64,000 nt of DNA, taken from a phage. This document shows, piece by piece, positions 19,045 through 29,302 of the stretch. Position numbers and translations under genes: made by a program. How positions within the stretch are numbered: position 1 is the stretch's first letter; each line of letters opens with the position of its first letter. The notes under the pieces are model-generated. The model had not been told where the DNA came from. It searched no databases and saw only the letters and a program-made list of their open reading frames with translations. The stretch lies in the sequence record PQ478073.1; one strand, written 5' to 3'.

Positions 19045-20784
19045 ATGAGTTGGAAACGACATATGACAGTGGGAAGGTCTAAACTATCGACCATCCCAAA
19101 TCAGTCCAGTAATAGCAATAAATCAACAGGAACGAAAACAAATTTCGCTTCCTATCTTCCTGTTGTATATAATGGATTGGCAAACCGTACTGAGCGTTAT
19201 AGTCAGTATGAGCAAATGGACCAAGATCCTGAAATTAGAACTGCATTGAATATAATTGCTGACTTTTGTACCCAAAGTACTGAAGATTTTGGTTTACCAT
19301 ATAAAATCAAATATAAAGATGACATTGGTGATACTGAAGTAACGACTATTGAAGATCGTTTAGATGCATGGACTGAACAAAATGATTTTAAAACACGAAT
19401 GTATGAAATTGTGCGTGGTCTTCTGAAATATGGTGATCAATTTTTCATTCGAGATCCAGAAACATTCGATTGGTATTGGGTAAGCCCCAAAAATGTTGAG
19501 CAAGTATTTGTTAACGAAGCCACTGGTAAAACACCAGTAATTTATTATATACGTGACGTATCATTAAATTTGAAAGATAAAGTTTTTAGTAACCTTCAAG
19601 TAGGATTTGATAAAACCGCTTATCCAGGAGCTATTCCGACAACAATGGGTGGCGGTGGTTCAGTAGCTGCGGGTGGTGCATCTGGTTTTACAAGTCAAGG
19701 AAATACTGCTGACCCATTCAGTACTAACGGTCAATTAGACGTTATTCCTGTTGGTGCAGAACACGTAATTCATCTAACGCTAAATACAGGACAAGATGGG
19801 GTATGGCCTTTTGGTACTAGTATACTTGAGGACGTATTTAAAGTCTATAAGCAAAAAGAACTTCTGGAAGATAGTATCATAATTTATCGTGTACAACGTG
19901 CACCTGAGCGTCGTGTATTTAAAATTGATGTTGGTGATATGCAAGCACACCAAGCGATGGCTTATGTTGAAAGATTTAAAAATGAAATCCACCAGCGTAG
20001 AATACCTTCAAACAAAGGTGGAAGTACTTCATTAATGGATGCAGCATATAATCCATTAAGCATTTTAGAAGACTACTTTTTCCCACAAACTTCTGAAGGT
20101 CGTGGTTCAGATGTTCAAACATTACCAGGCGGTGATAACTTAGGACAAATTGATGACTTACGTTATTTTAATAATAAATTGATTCGTGGTCTTCAAATAC
20201 CAGCTTCTTATCTACCACAAGGTCCAGATGATGGTGGTGTTTCATTATTTGGTGATGGTGCTACACAAGCTATGGCAAGTGAATTGCGATTCAATAATCA
20301 ATGTATGCGTTATCAACGTTTAGTTGCAAAACATTTTGATGCTGAATTCAAAAGATTTATGGTTAAAAATGGATATAACATTAGTACTTCATCTTTTGAA
20401 GTTATTATGAATCCACCTATTAACTTAGCTTCTTATCGTAAAGCTGAACTAGATGCTAAACTAATTAATACATATCTTCCTCTTAATGACTTGCCTTATA
20501 TGGCGAAACAAACAATTCTTGAAAAAATGGGCTTTTCTAAAGCTGATATTGTTAAGAATGAACAAATGTGGTTACAAGAGAATCCACAAGATGGTTCCCA
20601 ACCTTCTGGTGGTGAAGAAGATTCCGCTGGATTACAGTCTGTTGGTATTGATGCTCCAAATGATCCTGGAATGGATCTTGGTATTGATGGAGAAGGTAAT
20701 TTGGAAAGTGCTGATGCCGAATACCAAGAGCAACAGAGTGGAAGTGGTGGTTTCAACCCTAATAATTTAGGCAATTCTTTTTAA
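19045..20784 (+). CDS. 20: portal vertex protein (gp20-like)
   Basis: 579 aa; position directly upstream of core proteins, protease, scaffold and capsid genes as in T4; no catalytic motif to verify. Confidence 0.55.
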   Translation: MSWKRHMTVGRSKLSTIPNQSSNSNKSTGTKTNFASYLPVVYNGLANRTERYSQYEQMDQDPEIRTALNIIADFCTQSTEDFGLPYKIKYKDDIGDTEVTTIEDRLDAWTEQNDFKTRMYEIVRGLLKYGDQFFIRDPETFDWYWVSPKNVEQVFVNEATGKTPVIYYIRDVSLNLKDKVFSNLQVGFDKTAYPGAIPTTMGGGGSVAAGGASGFTSQGNTADPFSTNGQLDVIPVGAEHVIHLTLNTGQDGVWPFGTSILEDVFKVYKQKELLEDSIIIYRVQRAPERRVFKIDVGDMQAHQAMAYVERFKNEIHQRRIPSNKGGSTSLMDAAYNPLSILEDYFFPQTSEGRGSDVQTLPGGDNLGQIDDLRYFNNKLIRGLQIPASYLPQGPDDGGVSLFGDGATQAMASELRFNNQCMRYQRLVAKHFDAEFKRFMVKNGYNISTSSFEVIMNPPINLASYRKAELDAKLINTYLPLNDLPYMAKQTILEKMGFSKADIVKNEQMWLQENPQDGSQPSGGEEDSAGLQSVGIDAPNDPGMDLGIDGEGNLESADAEYQEQQSGSGGFNPNNLGNSF

Positions 20785-20857
20785 ACATAAATAACAGTGT
20801 ATAAGAATGAGGGTTTATTTTTACCCTCATTTATAATGCATATTTCAAGGAGATCAA

Positions 20858-21085
20858 ATGTTAAAGGACATCTTTGAATCTAGCAGTGATTCAATGTACG
20901 ACCCTGAAGATGATCAGAACGTATATAAAATTACTGATTCCAGAAAACCGAAACTAACATTACAAGTATTAAACAACTTAAGAAAGTACCGTGAATTTAA
21001 AGCACATGAAGAACAACGCCGCAAAAATGTGGTTGCAGTTGTTTATGCCGCTGCACCAACTGGTGACGGTTCTGGGTTAATGTAA
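20858..21085 (+). CDS. small prohead core protein (gp67-like?)
   Basis: 75-aa ORF between portal and protease genes. Confidence 0.35.
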   Translation: MLKDIFESSSDSMYDPEDDQNVYKITDSRKPKLTLQVLNNLRKYREFKAHEEQRRKNVVAVVYAAAPTGDGSGLM

Positions 21086-21186
21086 ATCAAAAATCGCACT
21101 TTTTAAAGCTTTTAAAAAAGGCGATTTTATTCAGTACTAAATAATATCATACTTTATACGAATGTAATATATCTATGGAGGATATA

Positions 21187-22035
21187 ATGGCGAATTTAAA
21201 ACTACTACAAGAAGCAATTGCGGCGTTTGCAAATGGCGAACAAGATATTGCTGATAAAAAAATGCGTAAGTATTTCGTTGAGCAAGCTCAAGAAATTAAC
21301 AAACAACTAGAAGAAAGCATGGAAGATGAAGACGACGATGAAGATTGTGAAGTCGAAGTTAAAGTCAAAGATGAAGAAAAGCTTGACGAAGATTTTGATG
21401 TACAACCAGACGAAGGTCTAAATGCTGAAATCGAATACACCCTTGGTGAAGAAGATGAAAGTGCAGAAGAAGAAGTTGAATTCTCTGCTGATGCAGATGG
21501 TGACGGTGAAGACGATGTTGACGTTGAAGTGAAAGCTGATGCTGATGTTCCTTCCGAAGACCAATGGGAATCAATCCAAGATGCTTTCCGTGGCCTACAA
21601 CAAATGTTTGATGAAATCGGTGACGGTGAAGTTGATCTAGATTCTGAAGAAGAAGTAGAAGATAGCGAAGAAGAAGTTGGCGTTGACGGTGACGACGAAT
21701 TTGCTGATGTTGAATTCGGTGATGAAAAATTCGGTGAATCCTTCAAACTAGAAAAAGTTGCTCCAGTTGATAAGAAAGAAAAAGCTGGCACTCATTCCAA
21801 ATCTCCAGTAGCACCAGAAGCTAAATCTCCAGTAGCAGGAGCAGAGCCAGTTAAATTCGCTAAGAAAACTGACCAAGCACCATTACTAGACCTAGATGAT
21901 AAATCTGTTCTACCAAAAGATAGTCTAGATCTTGGTAAAAATGCTCGCGGTGAAATGAAAGATGTTAAAGCACCAAAAACTACTGCATCTAATTCTAAAT
22001 CACCACTAAGCAAAGCACAACCTAAACTAAAATAA
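21187..22035 (+). CDS. highly acidic prohead core/scaffold protein
   Basis: Long D/E runs; GGAGGA RBS before ATG at 21187; conserved TAAATAATATCATAC motif upstream. Confidence 0.5.
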   Translation: MANLKLLQEAIAAFANGEQDIADKKMRKYFVEQAQEINKQLEESMEDEDDDEDCEVEVKVKDEEKLDEDFDVQPDEGLNAEIEYTLGEEDESAEEEVEFSADADGDGEDDVDVEVKADADVPSEDQWESIQDAFRGLQQMFDEIGDGEVDLDSEEEVEDSEEEVGVDGDDEFADVEFGDEKFGESFKLEKVAPVDKKEKAGTHSKSPVAPEAKSPVAGAEPVKFAKKTDQAPLLDLDDKSVLPKDSLDLGKNARGEMKDVKAPKTTASNSKSPLSKAQPKLK

Positions 22036-22055
22036 ATATCTGAAAGGAGATCATT

Positions 22056-22679
22056 ATGAGTAGTATGATTCGTGAATGGTCTTCATTCAATGATTCTAAA
22101 GTTGTTTTGGAACATCGTGATAATGGATTTGGTGGGCGTGACTGCTATCTTCGTGGTATTGCTATTCAAGCCGACCAACGAAATTTGAACGAGAGAATTT
22201 ACCCTTTATCTGAAATTACAAGGGCAGTAAATAACATGAACCAGCGTTTAGCTAAAGGTGAAAGCATTCTTGTTGAATGTGACCATCCAGAAACACTAAC
22301 TATTAACCTAGACCGAGTAGCAGCAATGATTACTAAGGTTTGGATGGAAGGTGCTAATGGTATGGCAGAAATCAAACTACTTGATACTGCACATGGTCAA
22401 AATATCCGTAAAATGCTAGAGGCTGGTGTAAAACTTGGTGTAAGTTCTCGCGGTTCCGGTAACGTTGATTATAATGGAATAGTTTCTGATTTTGAAATTA
22501 TCACTATTGATATTGTTGCTCAACCTAGTGCTCCAGAAGCATACCCAACAGCGGTATTTGAATCTCTGATGAGTAAGTACGGATCACCTTGTAATAGTTC
22601 TAAAAAAATCACTGAATCTAAAAAAGTAAATAATTTAGATTCTGAAATATACGATTTTTTCAAGAAATTAAAAGGTTAA
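22056..22679 (+). CDS. 21: prohead core protease (gp21-like)
   Basis: 207 aa; ECDHPE and LGVSSRGSG candidate His/Ser catalytic sites; position between core proteins and scaffold. Confidence 0.65.
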   Translation: MSSMIREWSSFNDSKVVLEHRDNGFGGRDCYLRGIAIQADQRNLNERIYPLSEITRAVNNMNQRLAKGESILVECDHPETLTINLDRVAAMITKVWMEGANGMAEIKLLDTAHGQNIRKMLEAGVKLGVSSRGSGNVDYNGIVSDFEIITIDIVAQPSAPEAYPTAVFESLMSKYGSPCNSSKKITESKKVNNLDSEIYDFFKKLKG

Positions 22680-22689
22680 CATTTTAAAA

Positions 22690-22697
22690 ATATAAAT
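22690..22697 (+). promoter_or_regulatory. late promoter box TATAAATA (scaffold gene)
   Basis: Exact TATAAATA ~50 nt upstream of ATG; overlaps 9-bp palindrome. Confidence 0.5.
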
Positions 22698-22745
22698 ATC
22701 TGTATGTTGAAGTACAGATATTTCAGTACTTAAAGGAGAGAACGA

Positions 22746-23861
22746 ATGTCTAAATTAGAAAAGCTTCTAAAAGAATCATCTCTTTCTGATGAGGCAAAAC
22801 AGCTAATTCAGGAAGCATGGAATGAAGAAAAGAATACACTAGCCGCAGAGATGCGTGAAGAAATGAAAGGCCGTTATCAGCAAGATTTGGCTGAACTAAC
22901 CGAAGGTTTGAACACTATGGTTACTCAAGTCATTGCTGAAGAAATGGGTGCTGTATATGAAGAGAAAAAACGTCTCGTTGAAGATCGTGTAACTCTACGT
23001 AAAACACTAAGCAATTTCTCTGCGTTTTCAAACTCTGTTTTGGCTGAAGAAGTTAAACAAATGCGTAAAGAACGTAAGCATCTTCATGAATGCATGGGTA
23101 AATTCGTTAATTTTTCTAACGGTATCCTAGCAGAAGAGCTAAAAGAATTCCACACTGAAAAACGTCAACTAGTTGAAACTCGCGTTAAACTACTTGCTGA
23201 AGGTTCACGTCAAATTGCTGAAGCTCGTAATAACTTCATCAAACGTACATCTGAAAGTGCTGCTAAATATATTGCAGAAACCACTCAGAAGAATCTATAT
23301 GCGTTGAAACAAGATCTAGTGGAAGCAAAACAAAATATGTTTGGTCGTAAAATCTTTGAAGCATTTGCTCAAGAGTTTAATGTCAAACAATTTAATGAAA
23401 ACTCATTGCTACGTTCCCTAACTGAATCAATTAAATCTAAAGAAGATGAAATTGCTCAAGTTAAGCAAGAACTACATGAAACTGCTAATGCCGTTAAAGC
23501 TGCTAAAACCAAACTACGTATTATGGAAGATGCACAAGCACGTAATGCGATTATGTCTGAACTAGTAAAACCACTAACTGCACAGCAAAAACAAATTATG
23601 GAATCCCTTCTAGCTACTTCACCTACTGAAAAGCTTAAAGAAGATTTCAGCAAGTACCATAAGTCAGTACTTAACGGTACTAAAGTAAATGAATCTGCTA
23701 CCACTCGTCAAGCAGTTCAGTCTTCCGCTAAGAAAACTCTTGCAGAAGGTAAAGTAATCACTGGCAACCGTCAGGCTATTGTTGAAAGCGAAGAAATGAC
23801 CGCTGACGATATGGCATTCCTAAAAGAACTCGATGTTCTTTCAGGTATCAATAAAAAATAA
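22746..23861 (+). CDS. 22: prohead scaffold protein (gp22-like)
   Basis: 371 aa, charged and helical; TATAAATA box at 22690; immediately upstream of capsid gene. Confidence 0.55.
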   Translation: MSKLEKLLKESSLSDEAKQLIQEAWNEEKNTLAAEMREEMKGRYQQDLAELTEGLNTMVTQVIAEEMGAVYEEKKRLVEDRVTLRKTLSNFSAFSNSVLAEEVKQMRKERKHLHECMGKFVNFSNGILAEELKEFHTEKRQLVETRVKLLAEGSRQIAEARNNFIKRTSESAAKYIAETTQKNLYALKQDLVEAKQNMFGRKIFEAFAQEFNVKQFNENSLLRSLTESIKSKEDEIAQVKQELHETANAVKAAKTKLRIMEDAQARNAIMSELVKPLTAQQKQIMESLLATSPTEKLKEDFSKYHKSVLNGTKVNESATTRQAVQSSAKKTLAEGKVITGNRQAIVESEEMTADDMAFLKELDVLSGINKK

Positions 23862-23899
23862 ACATTTTAAAGCATTTTAATAATCAAATTTTTCAGTTC

Positions 23900-23907
23900 T
23901 ATAAATA
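23900..23907 (+). promoter_or_regulatory. late promoter box TATAAATA (major capsid gene)
   Basis: Exact TATAAATA within conserved TAAATAATATCATAC motif, 46 nt upstream of ATG. Confidence 0.55.
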
Positions 23908-23952
23908 ATATCATACTGAAAAACGAATATAACATCTTTAAGGAGATATATA

Positions 23953-25128
23953 ATGTCACAACTACTAAATGAATCCAAATGGGTAGCAGTAAAAGAGAAA
24001 CTAGTTGAAGGTCTACAGGGTACTCGTAAGTCTGTAATGGAAACTGTTCTTGATAACCATCGTAAAGTTATGCTAACTGAATCCGCAACTTCTGGTGCAA
24101 CTACCGCTGGTAACATCGCTACTCTAAACAAAGTGATTCTACCAATTATGCGTCGTGTAATGCCAACCGTTATTGCTAACGAAATCATCGGTGTTCAACC
24201 AATGACTGGTCCAGTTGGTCAGATCCACACCCTACGTGTGCAATATGCTGATAACGCACCTGGTGTTATCGCTGGTGAAGAAATGCTTTCTCCATACAAA
24301 ATCGCTAAATCCTACTCTGGTGATCTAAATGCGGATAATAGCAACCCACAAGCTGCTCCTACTAGCCAACTAGAAGGTACTATGGGTCGTCGCGTTAACA
24401 TCCGTATTCTACGTGAAACTGTTGAAGCGAAATCTCGTCGTCTATCTGCACGTTGGACTGTTGAATCTGCACAAGATGCTCAATCCCAACATGGTGTTGA
24501 CGTTGAAGCAGAACTAATGGCTGCAATCGCTCAAGAAGTTACCGTAGAAATCGACCAAGAGCTACTAAGCCGTCTACGTGCACTACCTGGTGCTGCTGCT
24601 GTAACTTATGACCAATCTAAAGTTACTGGTGTTGCAACCTTCGTTGGTGATGAGCACGCTGCTCTAGCAACTCTAATTAACCGTCAAGCAAACGAAGTTG
24701 CTCGTCGTACTAAGCGTGGTGCTGCAAACTGGGCTGTTGTTTCCCCAACTGCACTAACCATTCTACAATCTGCTACTACTTCTAGCTTTGCACGTACCAC
24801 TGAAGGTACTTTCGAAGCACCAACTAACGTTAAGTTTGTAGGTACTCTAAACAGCACTATGCGTATTTTTGTTGATACTTATGCAAGTGATGCAGAAGAT
24901 ATTCTAATTGGTTATAAAGGTAATGCAGAAACTGATGCTGGTGTGTTCTATTGCCCATACATCCCACTAATGGCTTCCGGTACTGTAATGGACCCTAACA
25001 CTGGGGAATTGGTCACAACTTTCTTAACCAGGTATGGTTATGTTCAGTTGACCGATAGCACCAGTTCACTAGGTAACGCTGCGGACTACTACAGCAAAAT
25101 CGCTATCAAAAACGTTACTTTCATGTAA
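23953..25128 (+). CDS. 23: major capsid protein, gp23/gp24 family
   Basis: VIANEIIGVQPMTGPVGQIHTLRVQY, VEAKSRRLSARWTVESAQD and IGYKGNAETDAGVFYCPY match recalled T4 gp23; strong high-expression codon bias; TATAAATA at 23900. Confidence 0.85.
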   Translation: MSQLLNESKWVAVKEKLVEGLQGTRKSVMETVLDNHRKVMLTESATSGATTAGNIATLNKVILPIMRRVMPTVIANEIIGVQPMTGPVGQIHTLRVQYADNAPGVIAGEEMLSPYKIAKSYSGDLNADNSNPQAAPTSQLEGTMGRRVNIRILRETVEAKSRRLSARWTVESAQDAQSQHGVDVEAELMAAIAQEVTVEIDQELLSRLRALPGAAAVTYDQSKVTGVATFVGDEHAALATLINRQANEVARRTKRGAANWAVVSPTALTILQSATTSSFARTTEGTFEAPTNVKFVGTLNSTMRIFVDTYASDAEDILIGYKGNAETDAGVFYCPYIPLMASGTVMDPNTGELVTTFLTRYGYVQLTDSTSSLGNAADYYSKIAIKNVTFM

Positions 25129-25174
25129 TTGTAATAGATTTAAAAGATTTAATCAAAAAAAAATAAAAACAATA

Positions 25175-25204
25175 GGGACTCTTCGGAGTCCCTTTTCTTT
25201 TTAT
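25175..25204 (+). terminator. intrinsic terminator after major capsid gene
   Basis: GGGACTC-ttcg-GAGTCCC then TTTTCTTTTTATT. Confidence 0.65.
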
Positions 25205-25214
25205 TAAAAAACCC

Positions 25215-25243
25215 TTGACACAATGTTCTGGAATGTATATAAT
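25215..25243 (+). promoter_or_regulatory. consensus sigma70 promoter (TTGACA-17-TATAAT)
   Basis: Perfect -35 and -10 hexamers with 17-bp spacer, 32 nt upstream of ATG at 25276. Confidence 0.6.
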
Positions 25244-25275
25244 ACGCACATACACGAAAATAAAGAGACAAAATT

Positions 25276-26373
25276 ATGCCAAACGTAAGTATCAACAAAG
25301 AAGAGTTTATCAGCAAAATGACTGCTAAGTATGGTGAATTTGATTTCAGTACTTTAGTATTCAAAGCAAGTAAGACAACAGTGAAATGTAACAAGTGTGG
25401 AAAAGAAAACACCAAACCTGCACTTCGTCACATTGCATGTACATGTGCATCATGTTATTCAAACATGTCACAACGTTCAAACAACGACACATTCATCAGT
25501 ACTATAGAAACTAAATTTGGAAAAGATAAATTCAAATTTGATAAACTAAATTACACTAATGCTATATCAAAAGTAACAATTTTCTGCACAGATGAAGATC
25601 ACAATGATTACTTTGAAATTACACCCAATAAATTTCTTTCTGGTAAAGGATGCCCCGTATGTAATAAAAATGAAGCATACAGTACTGAAGAGTTCAAAGA
25701 AAAAGTAAAAGATAATTATGGTGATTTATTGGATTTAACTAACACGGTGTATGTAAATCAAAAAACTAAAGTAACTGTGTATTGTAACGCAGGTAATCAT
25801 GAATGGACAGTTGATCCAAAAACTTTACTTGTTGGTAAGACTGGATGTGGTACATGCTCCGGTAAAGGCGGTCGAAGTACTGAACGTTTCATTGAACTTG
25901 TGTCGCCTATCCATAACCATAAGTATGATTATAGCTTGGTGGATTACAAGACTAGTGATGAACATGTGGATATTATTTGTCCTGAACATGGTGTCTTTAA
26001 ACAAATACCCAAATCTCATATGGCAGGAAGAGGATGTCCATCATGTGGTGAGTATGGTTATCAACCATCAAAGCCTGGATATTTCTATGTACAAAAACTA
26101 TCTAATAACTCAAAAGTCGTTTACAAATACGGAATTACCGGAGACATGAAGAGACGAATTCATGAACAAAGTCGCAATTCTGAGTTCGAGCATGAATTAC
26201 TGGTAGAACGTTACTTTGAGGATGGTAATAAACCATTATTATTGGAAAAGTTTATCAAGCAATACATTGAAAGTGGTGTTGTAAGTACTGAAGAGTTACC
26301 GTCAGGATTTACTGAAACATTTGATGCTAAGTATCTTGAAAGTGTTTTAGAAATTGTAAATACTTTTAAGTAA
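25276..26373 (+). CDS. zinc-ribbon repeat protein with C-terminal T5orf172 (GIY-YIG-like) domain
   Basis: Five CxxC modules (CNKCG, GCPVCN, GCGTCS, GCPSCG...) then GYFYV...VYKYGIT...RR; perfect TTGACA-17-TATAAT upstream. Confidence 0.55.
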   Translation: MPNVSINKEEFISKMTAKYGEFDFSTLVFKASKTTVKCNKCGKENTKPALRHIACTCASCYSNMSQRSNNDTFISTIETKFGKDKFKFDKLNYTNAISKVTIFCTDEDHNDYFEITPNKFLSGKGCPVCNKNEAYSTEEFKEKVKDNYGDLLDLTNTVYVNQKTKVTVYCNAGNHEWTVDPKTLLVGKTGCGTCSGKGGRSTERFIELVSPIHNHKYDYSLVDYKTSDEHVDIICPEHGVFKQIPKSHMAGRGCPSCGEYGYQPSKPGYFYVQKLSNNSKVVYKYGITGDMKRRIHEQSRNSEFEHELLVERYFEDGNKPLLLEKFIKQYIESGVVSTEELPSGFTETFDAKYLESVLEIVNTFK

Positions 26374-26396
26374 ACAATCTAAAGGAGTTGACACGG

Positions 26397-26747
26397 ATGT
26401 TAACTGTATACAAATTTAACAAAGAAGAGTACTTAAAGAGTCAGTACTCAAATATAGAAATAAATGTTCCTTATGGTACGTTAGTTGGATATGATGAAGC
26501 CACTGAAACATTGTATTATAATGATGATAGATTGGATTATAGTTTAGATTCATTCATTGAAGATATACTTAATACACATACTGAAGATATGTTGTATGAA
26601 GAATACATAGACCATTATAGAGAACGTATGTCGGTGCTGCATTCTGATGCTCCTGTACTAAACATAGCACAAGAACCATCGGAATTTCAGCCACATAATC
26701 CTTTTCAACGTTTAATTGATATTGGTTTAAAATTCACTATTAGTTGA
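26397..26747 (+). CDS. hypothetical acidic protein
   Basis: AAAGGAG RBS 9 nt upstream of ATG at 26397. Confidence 0.5.
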   Translation: MLTVYKFNKEEYLKSQYSNIEINVPYGTLVGYDEATETLYYNDDRLDYSLDSFIEDILNTHTEDMLYEEYIDHYRERMSVLHSDAPVLNIAQEPSEFQPHNPFQRLIDIGLKFTIS

Positions 26748-26786
26748 TAGATAAATATCTCCATATTAATGATGGAGATTGAATCT

Positions 26787-27095
26787 ATGTCACAGATATG
26801 TTATGTTATAATAAACTCTGCATGGCCTGACTATGTTAAGATTGGTTTCACTTCTAAATCTGAAATGACAGAGCGTTTGAGAACGTATCAGACAGCTACC
26901 CCGTTTCGTGATTTTGAAGTTTATCATGAAGTTCACTTTGAAGACGCACGTTTAGCTGAAAAAGAGATACATAAAAGGCTTAAACAAATGAATGCAACTA
27001 GACAACCAAACACAGAGTGGTTTAAAATGTCTAAAAAGATAGCAGCAAACATCATTGATTCTGTGTGGGATGATATGGATAACGACTTGCTATAG
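26787..27095 (+). CDS. T5orf172-domain protein (GIY-YIG-like)
   Basis: CYVIINSAWPDYVKIGFT...ERLRTY...EWF. Confidence 0.55.
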   Translation: MSQICYVIINSAWPDYVKIGFTSKSEMTERLRTYQTATPFRDFEVYHEVHFEDARLAEKEIHKRLKQMNATRQPNTEWFKMSKKIAANIIDSVWDDMDNDLL

Positions 27096-27135
27096 GAATA
27101 AATATAGTATATATTAATCATAAAGGGATTTATAC

Positions 27136-28746
27136 ATGAGCATAAGTTTTAATAACCCATTGGATACAATGACCAGTACTGGTGCTAATGGATCTTTAGA
27201 ACTAATAGTGCTTGGTGGTACACCAACTAACCCAAGACCTATTCGTTTTAATTCGTCATCAGTTATTATACCAGTACAAACGTTACCTACTGGTGAACAA
27301 GGTGCAATGGTTTTTGATCGAAGCGAATTAGTTTTGAAGTATCATAACGGTACAAGTTGGATTGCAGTATATGATACTGATACTATTTTGGAACCAATTA
27401 GAATTTCATTAGATGAAGTAAACAGAAAATTAAATTTAAAAGTAGAAAGTGTAACATACAGTAGCAGTACTGTTCCTAGTGCAAGTATTAGTGGAACAAA
27501 CTTAAACATTGTATTCCCTACTGCTTCTAGTGGTGGTTCTGGACCAACTGGTCTTTACACTTCACTTAAACCTGGTGCTATTACACAATATTCATTGACT
27601 TCTGGTCAATCTGTTGCTAGTATACGTGAACAAATGTCAGGGCAATCGAATGGACAAAGTGGACGAAACGGTTCACAAGGTGCTCCGTGGAAAACGTCTG
27701 ACGGTTGGTGTTTTGCTGATGGTATGTGGTGGCAATGGGAGGGGGAAAATGGTACAATTACCAAACAAGTACCAAACCTTAACCAAAACGCGTATTTAAA
27801 AGGTATAACAACATCAGGTGTAACTAAAACTGATAGTGTTATTGGTAGTAGTGGTAACATTAGTGGAACTGTATTGAGTGTTGCCCAGTTACCATCACAC
27901 TCATTTAGTTTTAGTGGAACCACTGGTGCTGCTGGTCGTCATGGTCATAGTCAAGCACTAAAAGGTATGGACCGTAGTGGTCTAAATGCGTTAACTTCAA
28001 GTAATGATAACGGTATACCAACTGTAATCAATAACATTAACGAAGCACCAGACCACATTCACTCATTTAGTGGAAACACTAACACACTTGGTGGAAACCA
28101 ACCACACTATCATGGTATTAGCAACATTGATGTGGAACACTTTAACGTTGCATACCTATATAACATTGCTGAATCTAACGTCGCATTGAGTGAAAAAGTT
28201 GCAAACACTCGTTATGTACTAAAAACTGGTGATACAATGACTGGTTCATTGACTATTGCAAACAGTGCGTCAATTAAGTCAAATGATACATCATTAGTTC
28301 TATATTTCCGTAACGCAAGCGGTGGTGAGCGTGCGGCAGTGTATCATAACTCTTCAAATAATACATTGAGATTACGTTCCGGTGGAGCAGAAGTTACTGT
28401 AAACTCTTCTGGTACTTTAGCTGCTCCATCATTAACTGTTTCTAACAACTCAGCTACTGTTGGTGGTAAAAATATTGTTCGTTCAATTAACGGTACTGCT
28501 GCTGATGCTAGTGGCAACGTTACTTTGCAAATTAGTACTAATAACGTACAAAGTATTCGTTTGAGTGCACGTATTGAAACAAGTAAAATACCTGATTCTT
28601 CATGGACATATACACCAGAAGGTGCATTTATGGATGGCGTATGGATTTCTGTTAATGGTAGTTCAGGCACTCACTTAGAACGAATTAGTTATCGCTATGT
28701 TCAAATGCAAATAAATGGTAACTGGGAAACAGTACGTCAACAATAA
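27136..28746 (+). CDS. tail fibre protein (receptor-binding, HxH motifs)
   Basis: 536 aa; S/T/G/N-rich; repeated HxH motifs (RHGHS, DHIHSF, HYHG) as in T4 fibre tips. Confidence 0.65.
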   Translation: MSISFNNPLDTMTSTGANGSLELIVLGGTPTNPRPIRFNSSSVIIPVQTLPTGEQGAMVFDRSELVLKYHNGTSWIAVYDTDTILEPIRISLDEVNRKLNLKVESVTYSSSTVPSASISGTNLNIVFPTASSGGSGPTGLYTSLKPGAITQYSLTSGQSVASIREQMSGQSNGQSGRNGSQGAPWKTSDGWCFADGMWWQWEGENGTITKQVPNLNQNAYLKGITTSGVTKTDSVIGSSGNISGTVLSVAQLPSHSFSFSGTTGAAGRHGHSQALKGMDRSGLNALTSSNDNGIPTVINNINEAPDHIHSFSGNTNTLGGNQPHYHGISNIDVEHFNVAYLYNIAESNVALSEKVANTRYVLKTGDTMTGSLTIANSASIKSNDTSLVLYFRNASGGERAAVYHNSSNNTLRLRSGGAEVTVNSSGTLAAPSLTVSNNSATVGGKNIVRSINGTAADASGNVTLQISTNNVQSIRLSARIETSKIPDSSWTYTPEGAFMDGVWISVNGSSGTHLERISYRYVQMQINGNWETVRQQ

Positions 28747-28756
28747 GGAATGTGTA

Positions 28757-29272
28757 ATGCAACTAACAAATTTTAAGATGTATGAAAAAGAAGGTGGTAA
28801 TCCTAATTCTTTGTATATGATGTCCGATGAAGGTATGGATTGGTATGAATCTCGTGAATTGTTTGACATTAATAAAGCAAAATTTATGTATGATATTAAC
28901 GGTTTAATTGTTTCAGCATCATATAACATTTATGATCTAGTACCTTTAGGTTTTAGTGTTTCTGAAATTGAATATGATGGTGATATTAACAAACTTTATG
29001 GTATGGTTTACGATGGAAATACTATTCATGACTATATTGAAACTAAAGAAGAAAAAATTGAACGCCTAAAAAATGAATTATCTAATTTGAAATACATTGC
29101 AATTCAAGAACTTGGACACTTAAAAACTGCTATGGATCTTGAGTTAGCAACTGATGAAGAAGCTGTATTGTTTGTAAAATTGAAAGATTATGTAACGCAA
29201 TTGAATTCAATCAAACCAGCAGACATGATTAAGAAAACATTTTCATTTCCAGTTAAACCGGAAAAAAAATGA
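28757..29272 (+). CDS. putative tail fibre assembly chaperone
   Basis: Overlaps end of fibre gene; AAGGAA RBS; position typical of fibre chaperones. Confidence 0.4.
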   Translation: MQLTNFKMYEKEGGNPNSLYMMSDEGMDWYESRELFDINKAKFMYDINGLIVSASYNIYDLVPLGFSVSEIEYDGDINKLYGMVYDGNTIHDYIETKEEKIERLKNELSNLKYIAIQELGHLKTAMDLELATDEEAVLFVKLKDYVTQLNSIKPADMIKKTFSFPVKPEKK

Positions 29273-29298
29273 GACAACACGTAAAGACGTGATACAAT
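29270..29298 (+). promoter_or_regulatory. promoter-like element of TGAGACA family
   Basis: TGAGAC-17-TACAAT; overlaps stop codon; hairpin immediately downstream makes function uncertain. Confidence 0.3.
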
Positions 29299-29302
29299 TA
29301 AG

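Noticed and set aside
21288-21791. 167-aa and 69-aa minus-strand ORFs nested inside the acidic core-protein gene
   Set aside because: Antisense frames of a low-complexity D/E-rich gene stay open by chance (S/T-rich translation); no RBS or promoter context
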